From positions 8,660,334 through 8,724,333 of the forward strand of contig CAVNZM010000005.1 of assembly GCA_963693365.1 (NCBI GenBank): 64,000 nt of DNA, given 5' to 3'. The translations under genes and the position numbers were made by a program. How positions within the stretch are numbered: the first letter of the stretch is position 1; each line of letters starts with the position of its first letter. The notes beneath the pieces were generated by a model. That model was not told the origin of the DNA, did no database searches, and saw only the letters and a program-made list of their open reading frames with translations. This stretch comes from Amoebidium appalachense. Taxonomy: Eukaryota > Protista > Ichthyosporea. Below, piece by piece: positions 55,948 through 64,000 of the stretch.

Positions 55948-57131
55948 CTACTCATCCTTCTTCGTGCTCTTCACCGTCTTGGTCGCCTGCTTGTCCCCAC
56001 CCTTCTTACCCCCCGCCGCCGCCACTTTTTTCTTTCCCTCCGCCGTCGTTTTTTTCGCTGCGCCCTTCGCACCCACTGCCTTTTTCTTCGTTCCTGCCCC
56101 CGTTGCCAAAGTTGTTTTCTTCTTATTTGGTTTCTCCACCTTGGTGGCCGCCGCCGCCGCTTTCTTAGCCTCCCTCTTCAACTTTGCCTGTCTAGCCTTC
56201 TCCTTTTCAACCTCCCGTTTCGCCTTCTCTTTCTCTTTCTCCTTCTCCTTCTGCAGTTTCGCCTTTGCCGCCTCCTTTTCCTTCTTCAGTTTCTCCTTGT
56301 CCTGTTTCAGCTTCTCCTTCTTCTTCTCTGCTTGCGCCTTCAACTTTTCCTTTTCCTTTTTTAGTTTTTCCTTTTCAACTGCCCTCTGTTCCTTGACTTT
56401 TTCGAGTGCGGGGTTCTTCTTCTTTGGGTGGGTCTTCCTCCATTCCTCCATCTCTTGCTTGTAGCGGGCCTTGTCGTCGGCGGCTAGATCCTCGTATTTC
56501 TGTGTGTGTGTGTGTGTGTGTGTGTGCATGTTGGTACAGGTGTGTGTTTATGAGCACATGAGCGCGCGCACGGCATGTAGCTGTGTGTGCTGGCGTGGGT
56601 GTACATGTCATGCATTAGTAATGTGCGCATGGTGTACGTGAACGCCTGCCACAATCACTCCCCTTCCCTGCAAAGGCCCCCAATCTGTACACCCACCCAC
56701 CACCTCCACCTACACGTGTACACACCCACACCCACACCCGCACCCACAGGCCAAAAGAGAGAGAGAGAGAGAGAGAGAGAAAAGAACAAAGAAAATTAAA
56801 ACAAACCTCACCTGGCGTTCTGCTGGAGACAAGCTCTTGTACTTTTCAGTGCCAATCTTTGTGATCTCGGTCACCTTGGCTCCGGGGTTTGCCTGCTTGA
56901 TGGCCTCCCTGTTCTCTTTAAGGTAGAAGAAGAGGGCCGACGTGAGAGACTTGGGCTTCCCTTCCTCCTTCTCCTTTAACTTGATGGCCCGCTTCTCCTT
57001 TGCCTCTTTGGCCTTCTGAGCGTCTTTCTTCGTCTTTTCTTTCTGCGGTGGTGAAAAGAATACAAGGGAGAAAAAAAAGAAAAAAAGAAAAAAAAAAAAA
57101 AAAGAGTCAGGAGGAGGAGGAGGAGGAGGAG

Positions 57132-57169
<38 letters not shown>

Positions 57170-57373
57170 AGGGAAGGCATGGAAAAGGCCAAGGGTAGGA
57201 AAGGAGGAGAAGCGGTAAGATAGAAGCAGAGAGAGAGAGAGAGAGAGAGAAATAGAGAGAGTGTGTGTGTGTGTTGGGGGAAGCGAAAAGGTGGAGTGGT
57301 CAGTGCTGAAGAACATGACATTGGACCAAAAAAAAGAAAACGGCCTGTCAGCATGCGAACACGGTGACGGGAA

Positions 57374-57409
<36 letters not shown>

Positions 57410-59473
57410 GGGGGGGGGGGGGGGGGGGGGGGGATGTCCAGGAGACACCAAAATTGGAAAAGGGCGGGGTGGACATGAAGGTGAGGCAGAATGTGCATGT
57501 GCATGTGTTTGAGGAGGAGGAGGAGGAGAGGGGGGGGGGGGGGGGGGGGGGAGGAGGGGGGACATTTCCGCCAGGCCGTGCTTCATAGAGATACAGTGTA
57601 GCAAACATTTTGCACAAAACAGTGCACGAGAAAGTCCTATTATTGTAATGTTAGGGGTAACCCTACATTGAGAGCACCCGAAATATATTCTGTTCTCCCC
57701 CCCCCCCCCCCCCCCCCCTTCCCTTACCCGAGGAAAGGCCCTAAACGACCAACAGTGTTACATCCCTGTCTCTGCCTGTGTGTGTGTGTCTGCTTATGCA
57801 CGTGTGGGCGTTAAGCTATGTACTGTCCCGTCTTTAACTCGTCATCCATTCTCCTTGGTAGCAAGAACGATGGGGAAGAGGGGGGGGGGGGGGGGGGGGT
57901 TGCCCAGGCATCCACTTTTGCTTTGCAAGCAAGCGAGTAAGCAAGCAAGCATGGGTGGGAAGATGAGGGAGGGGGGAGGGAGGGAGAGGGGGGAAGGGAT
58001 ACTGACCAGGGCATCGAGTGCTGCCTTCTGCTCGGGGGTGAGACTGTCGTGGTAGGCCTTGAGGGCACTGTCGTAGCTGCTCTTGGCCTCATTGGCTCGG
58101 TCAACGTACGGCTGTACGTGTACGTGTGTGTTGGGGAGGGGTGTGTGTGTGTGGGTGTTGGATTGGGGGGGGGGGGGGGGGGGGGGGGGGGTTGAGCAAA
58201 GAAAGTTAGGGGGATGTTGCGGAGTGACGGTGGAAAGATGAAAGAAAAAAGGGCAGGAAGCAAGAGCTGGAAAACGAAATGTTTTTCTTTTTCATTCCTT
58301 TTCGGAGGAAGGTAGGAGGGGGGAAAGGTCAAAGGGGAAGAGGGGGGGGGGGGGGGGGTTGTTGTTGTTGTGAAATAATACAAAGGAACACACGTGGTAC
58401 GTTGGTAGAAAAAGGGCTGAGGGGTACGATATGTTGCTGTGTGCAGAAAAAACATACAACATGTTAGGCAGGTGTGCAGCATTGCCTTTGCAAGCGCTTT
58501 ACATTAAATAAATAACCACACCACTTCAGGAAGTGTTGTGCGCATATAGGGGAGGGGATGAGAACAGGTAAAGGGAGAGTCGGGGCAAATAAAAGGGATG
58601 TGCAGTGACGATAGGTGTGACGAATGGTCTAATTAACAAGAACTGTAAACACAGGATGTGTTTGCCGTACTCCCTAGTTTCCCCCCCTTTTCGTTTCATT
58701 CTTTCCCTTTTTACTGCTTTCTAACAAAAACTGTTTTGGCGGTAACTGGGGGCGTTAATCCGCTCAACATAATATATTGCGGCACAGACCGTTTCAGTGT
58801 GCCCAACCCTGACCCGGGTGTGGTGAAAAGGAAAAGTGAAAACACGAAAGGGGGAAGGAAACAACACTCCCGTTTGGAGTAGAGAAAAACTCCCAAGAGG
58901 AAAACCAGCTGTTGTTTCGTGAGATAATAATAAAAGCCGGATGGGTAGAGCGCCCGGAAGAGCAACAAGACCTGAAGCACTAAAGTGAGGGTTGGGGTTG
59001 GAGAGTGAGGGCAAAGAACGGATTAGTGGTTGACAAGGGAGCGCGGGGGAGAAGAAAGAAGAAGGATTATAGCAAGCTATTCAATATTAACTTCAAAAAC
59101 ACATGAGCAAGAACAAGAAACAAAGGAAGCAAGGTGGAAGAAGAGCAAGGTGGAAGAAGACACCAACAGAGACAGATGTATTGAAATCAAGAAGCCAAAA
59201 ACAAGCAAGATTATCAAGCACATGTACCTTCTTGTCAGCATCTGACATAGTCCTCCACGTAGACCCGAGCGTCTTTGTGATGTCGGTCAGCTTGGCGGTG
59301 GGGTTCACCCTCTGAGCCATCTCTTTGTTCTCCTTAACGTAAAGGAAAAAGGCTCCCATGGGCCGCTTGGGAGGTGCAGCTGTCGAGAGGAAACGCGTCA
59401 CGCCCGGGCGCAAAAGCGACCGGGGGAGGGCGAGAGAGGCCGCCGAAAGGCGCACGGAGATGAGGGAGAACAT
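55948..59473 (-). CDS. Mitochondrially targeted two-HMG-box protein (TFAM/Abf2-like) with long Lys/Glu/Ala-rich C-terminal tail, ~377 aa
   Basis: Phase-0 exons 59473-59228, 58111-58007, 57042-56812, 56499-55948. Presequence MFSLISVRLS...VTRFLST; box 1 PPKRPMGAFFLYVKE...LGSTWRTMSDADKKPYVDRA; box 2 KPKSLTSALFFYLKE...KYKSLSPAERQKYEDLAADDKARYKQEMEEW. Confidence 0.92.
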
Positions 59474-61099
59474 CCTTACTTGCTCTGCCTACAGTAGGGG
59501 CGAGGTGATGAATATATGCGGGGCTCAAGGGGGAAAAAAAGGTGCCAAAAGACCCACAAAAGACCTTCTGGTGACGGAGAATGAGGGGCTTTGGAACTGA
59601 GGAGTCGCTGAAAACTGTGCTGTCTTCAAAAAGAGAAAGAGAAAAAAAAAAACCGAGAAGAAAACGAGACAGCTGACAGCGGCCTCCGGACGTTTTGAAC
59701 CCGGGCTTGTCCGTTACCGAAGTTCACATATGCGAGCTTAGAGCGCAATGATTGGGTTTACAGTGGAGGAGGGCAAAAACAAATTGGTTGAGCCCATCCG
59801 GGGATTGATATTGTTTTTCCCTCCCAAGAATGCGCAGACAATGATATTTGATTTATGTAAATTTGTGGGGTTAGTCTAGATTCTTACTATCCAAGTTAAC
59901 GTTTTCTCTTTAGCTGTCATAAATTGTCTATGCAAATCAACCTCTACTGAAGTGTTGGGGTATTCATGTGAGACAAAATTCCCGCCGAATTTCCCGGTGC
60001 CAGGCCCGGGTTCCTGTTTTCCGTCTGCCAATAGGAAGAGGCCAATTATTTCGCGCGCAAAATACAAATATTGAGGCTTGAGCGTCTTGGGCCTCTTGGC
60101 GGCCAACTGCCGCACGACGTCACTCGGAAGTCCCCGCGGCCACGCTGCACTTCGGCAACATAAAGGCATCACAGACAAAAAACATCACATCAGAAAGTTT
60201 TATTTGTGCTATATTTGGATGGCCGGCTGAGTAGTATCAAGATTGTGGTTTGTCACTTTGTTTCTTTGGAACTATCTTTCTTGTACATGCGCGTGGTCTA
60301 AGGTTAGCCTATATTTCTGCACAAGTATGTTCCGCAACTTTCGAGCTGGAAGCCACTGGACTTAACACTATATTACAGTACCGCCTGGGATAGAACAACC
60401 CTATGTTGAAACTACCCTGAGATAGAACAACCCCCTGCCCCTCCCCCTCCCCCCCCTCCCCCCCCCCCCCCCCCCCCCCCCCCCACCCACCCACCCACCC
60501 ACCCACCCCATCCTTTTTTTTCTTTTTTTTTTTCCCAGTCACAAAACACCGTCTTGATTTCAGCCGGTGGTACTTGTGCAGTGTAGTGGCAGCCCAGGCC
60601 ATGCGTGGCAGACGTGCTGGCGCAGGCACATAAACGAGCGCAATTCCTTTAAGATGCTAGCTATATGCAGTGTGTCCCTTGGTGCTCATGGGGTTTCCCT
60701 CCCTTTTTTTTCCTTTCAAAAAGATTTGTGTCCCTCTTGATCTCTCTATATCTCCATCTTGCAGCTGCTAGCCGCTACCATGGTGGCTTACCAACTATCA
60801 TGTCTACTACGTTTGCGCAATCACTATGTTTGCGCCATCATCTATGATAGACCTACCTTTAGATAGAACAACTCCCGAGGGGGGAAATGAAGGGTTGTTT
60901 TAGCCCAGGCGTGACTGTAGTAGGCGCCTTTACAATGATAATATTTTTTTTTCTTTTGACTGGATTTATTCGACGGAAAGATATGCAAGTATATGGACGG
61001 CATACTGAGAAGACAATAAAAACTTCACGAGGTATCCAGTAACAAGTGCATACTGAGATACCTGAGCACTGTGTGAAAACAATATATACATCAGCAATC

Positions 61100-62350
61100 T
61101 TGCGCGAACATCCAAAACATATCATGAGTCAAACCCATCTAGGATATGCAACTGTATATTAAATCGGATACCTTTTGGATATACAAACGATATGTAGGAT
61201 GGTTTCGGTCGAACATATCAATACCATCCACTGGATATATACAACATGTCTATTTCCTCCTGACCTCCAACCGATGTCCAATACATATGTAGTTGCATGC
61301 TTAGATAGTGATCAAGATATTGCACCCCCAATAGATATCACATATGGATATCCATGCTGTACCTCCATTGGGCATCGTTGTGATATCACATATCTGGATA
61401 TGCAATCAATGCTTATATGGATACATAAGTGCATCAGCAAACTTCCCCGTGGTATTGCCAATATTGTGAGGCTATTATCTATTGCCAATATTAATATCGT
61501 AAAAACACCAGATTAATACTGAAGTAATATCAATAATCCATTGCCAATGTATTGCGAGTAGAGATTTTCTGTGGTAGAGACGCTATAGAAGTGTAATAGA
61601 ACTGTAATATTGACGTAATATCGGCATAATATTTTTATATTATTGTCATACCACGTCAGGTCTACCACCAATAACTATCAGTATACCGTATGAGTAATGT
61701 ACTGGCAATATCCCAAAATGCGTGTACGTGTGCCTATTAACAATACAATTTCGATATTGTCAATGTACTTATTCGGTATTATACTATTGCTTGCGGAGTA
61801 TTGTCAATACGTTATGAATATCATAAAATGTAGGACAATTTTGTGTCAAATTAGGGTATTGTCCAACGTGGCAAGACTATTGCCAATATATTATGAATGT
61901 ATTCTTCCTGACCATTTCGGGATATTGGCAATATACCCAACCCATATGTCCCATATGGCCGATACAAACATAATGTCGCTATTGGTTATAGGGTTATGAT
62001 ATGATTATAATAGGATCATCTCAATTCGGTCGAAATGTATTGCCAATGTATCCGTCACAATATCAAGACTATTATGCACCTATTATCAATAGCCTAAAAG
62101 CAACCGAAAATATGGGGCGTGTATTTTATTGCCAATATATTGGTAAAATATTGGGGATGAAAGATCAGGTCACTTTACCTATGTAGTTGCAATATTGTGA
62201 ATGTATTGCCAACACATGTTCAACAAACATGTTCGGAGTGTAGTCCTTGTATGCGCAGTACATTGCTAATACCGTGGTATTAGGGTGGACATATACTGAC
62301 ATTATGTAGATCATATCATGGCATATCACATCCATATTATGATATATATT
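61100..62350. repeat. Low-GC region dense in GATAT/ATATC and CCAATA/TATTG short motifs; possible nested non-autonomous DNA transposons
   Basis: No microsatellites; motif content switches from GATAT (61100-61440) to CCAATA/TATTG (61445-62280) and back; imperfect inverted ends gtggtattgccaat / attgctaataccgt. Confidence 0.35.
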
Positions 62351-62357
62351 TATATAC

Positions 62358-62695
62358 CGTCATCTTCCGAGTCTTCAGAGGCAACCGTCGTTGTGTGCTT
62401 CTTCCGTTTTGGTTTTCTTCCCCGGCTTGCACCTTCAAGTCTTCTCCAATTGTCTTCTCGAGTGGGGAAACTTGACTGTGACTCCACGGCACCTGCTCCT
62501 ACATGTGTGAGAGTCTTAACATCAACGTCACATCAACAAACTTCACGAGAACCCAACTTCCAACCCTTGAGTGGGGATGTCATCTTCACTTGATTCTCAG
62601 CAAGACTTAGAAGTTGAGTTTTGTATTTGTTTATTAGTTGTTGTAGTTTGTTTCCTTTTCCTTTCTCCATTTCTTTCTTTCCTTTCTGTTTCCGT
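62358..62695 (-). pseudogene. Coding-like segment with one in-frame TGA
   Basis: Reads RKQKGKKEMEKGKGNKLQQLINKYKTQLL...REVC*CDVDVK...KPKRKKHTTTVASEDSEDD, then a GT donor. Confidence 0.3.
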
Positions 62696-63322
62696 GTACA
62701 CGACATCTTAGATCTGTGTACGTATCGACATACTTAGCTCGCGCACACACACGTATTGTCGTTTGTGTCAAAATCTATATATGTCATCCAATCATATTTC
62801 GTTTGTATTTTCCCAAATATAGTAACTTACATTCCTTTCTCATTCCTTTCGAACGACGTAGCATTGTGCTATGTTCTCCAACTATTAGGAATAATTATAT
62901 TTAGACGTGTTATGATAAGAACATGTATAAATGTATGTTATGAATTAATAGTTACATAAGTGGTTTCATTTTGTTAAATGTTTCCGTGCTTTTATTAGAA
63001 GTTTCTTTCATTAGAGGATTGAGTTTTATATTCTATGTGCCGGCGCTGGCGCCGGAGGCGGCGTCATCAGTGCAGATCGATCGCGCCTATTGGTTGAAGC
63101 TGTTAGTCGCACATTCCATTTCACGTTCCATTTATACGATAGAATACGGTGATACCAGGCTCTGCCAGATGTGTTCGATTTGGGCTTCGTCTCACCAGCC
63201 ACATTTCAGATTTTGTCGTTCCGCATCGCAAAAAGCCATATCACTTCATATTTGAACTTTTCAAAATCACCTGGGTAGGCATATGAATAACCCCCACTCT
63301 CCTCCTCCCCCCCCCCCCCCCC

Positions 63323-63359
<37 letters not shown>

Positions 63360-63499
63360 TTGCCCCCCCCTCTCGCTGAGGCTCAGGCTCGCTCTCTTCC
63401 CTCAGAAGTTTTGTCGAGGGTGTGCATGGTTGTGGGTGGAATGGTGAGTGTGTGCTAATGAGTGTATGTGTGTGCGCGCGTCACGCATGTTGTTGTTGC

Positions 63500-63530
<31 letters not shown>

Positions 63531-63550
63531 GGGGGGGGGGGGGGGGGCAC

Positions 63551-64000
63551 CTTCACATGTCCGTAATCCTCTTCATTCCACACAAATATTGCCTCGCTGA
63601 GTGCGCGTGCGTACTCAGCCCTGCGGGGGTGTGACTTGTATGTGCCGTCCGCCGTGTTTGCAATGGAGTGGAAGGCGTCATTCAGCACAGTCTGCCACAC
63701 CACCTCCCCAGGTGGTGCCTGGCCCAACATGCCCTCTCTGGGAGCTGCCTCGGGTCCCCCTGGGGCTGCCTCAAGGCCCCCCGGGGCTGCCTGGGGGTCC
63801 TGGGGGGGTGCCTGTGGGCCGGCAAGGGGTTGCTGCTGCTCGGCAGGGGGAGGACTGGCAGGGGGAGGGGCTGGGTCAGGGACCACCGGCACCTCGGCAC
63901 CTGGGTCCGGTGGGGGCTGAATGGGCCGTAGCCGCTGCAGGTGCACCATCAGCTCAAAGGGCGGCGGGCCCAGCTCGCCCAGGGTCTTGCCCTTGTCGGG
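63551..64000 (-). CDS. Partial exon of a probable transposase-like protein (DxxH motif); extends beyond the window
   Basis: GC-rich open frame ending VLNDAFHSIANTADGTYKSHPRRAEYARALSEAIFVWNEEDYGHVK, then GT donor at 63550. Confidence 0.5.

Noticed and set aside
59592-59627. CTGAGGA...GAAA...GTC as a minimal hammerhead upstream of the HMG gene
   Set aside because: Stems II and III do not form properly and there is no second copy; likely chance.

Overview
Eukaryotic genomic DNA, intron-rich and saturated with (GT/CA)n, (GA/CT)n and poly-G/poly-C tracts, so nearly all ORFs in the supplied track are microsatellite artefacts. A unicellular opisthokont-like protist is my inference only. Reading between the repeats gives: (1) a ~17-exon minus-strand C1-domain + RasGEF (CDC25) gene (<387-17668); (2) two genes for mitochondrially targeted double-HMG-box (TFAM/Abf2-like) proteins (21105-24328 +, 55948-59473 -); (3) an intronless head-to-head GAPDH / class II aldolase pair whose shared CCAAT-rich promoter is split by (4) a complete split-direct-repeat tyrosine-recombinase retrotransposon (Ngaro/PAT architecture, 30519-36208) with RT, RNase H and YR in one ORF; (5) a young non-autonomous LTR element (37970-41512) inside a CA microsatellite; (6) a secreted protein with TDATGGGLNP repeats and three 6-Cys modules; (7) a transposase-like exon at the right edge. 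The most unusual signal is a ~155-nt structured RNA motif present three times (1804-1959 -, 52304-52456 +, 52748-52908 +). Its helices are kept by compensatory changes, and it carries the hammerhead core motifs (CUGANGA, GAAA, GUH) in a non-canonical strand order. All alignments, splicing and folding were done by eye.
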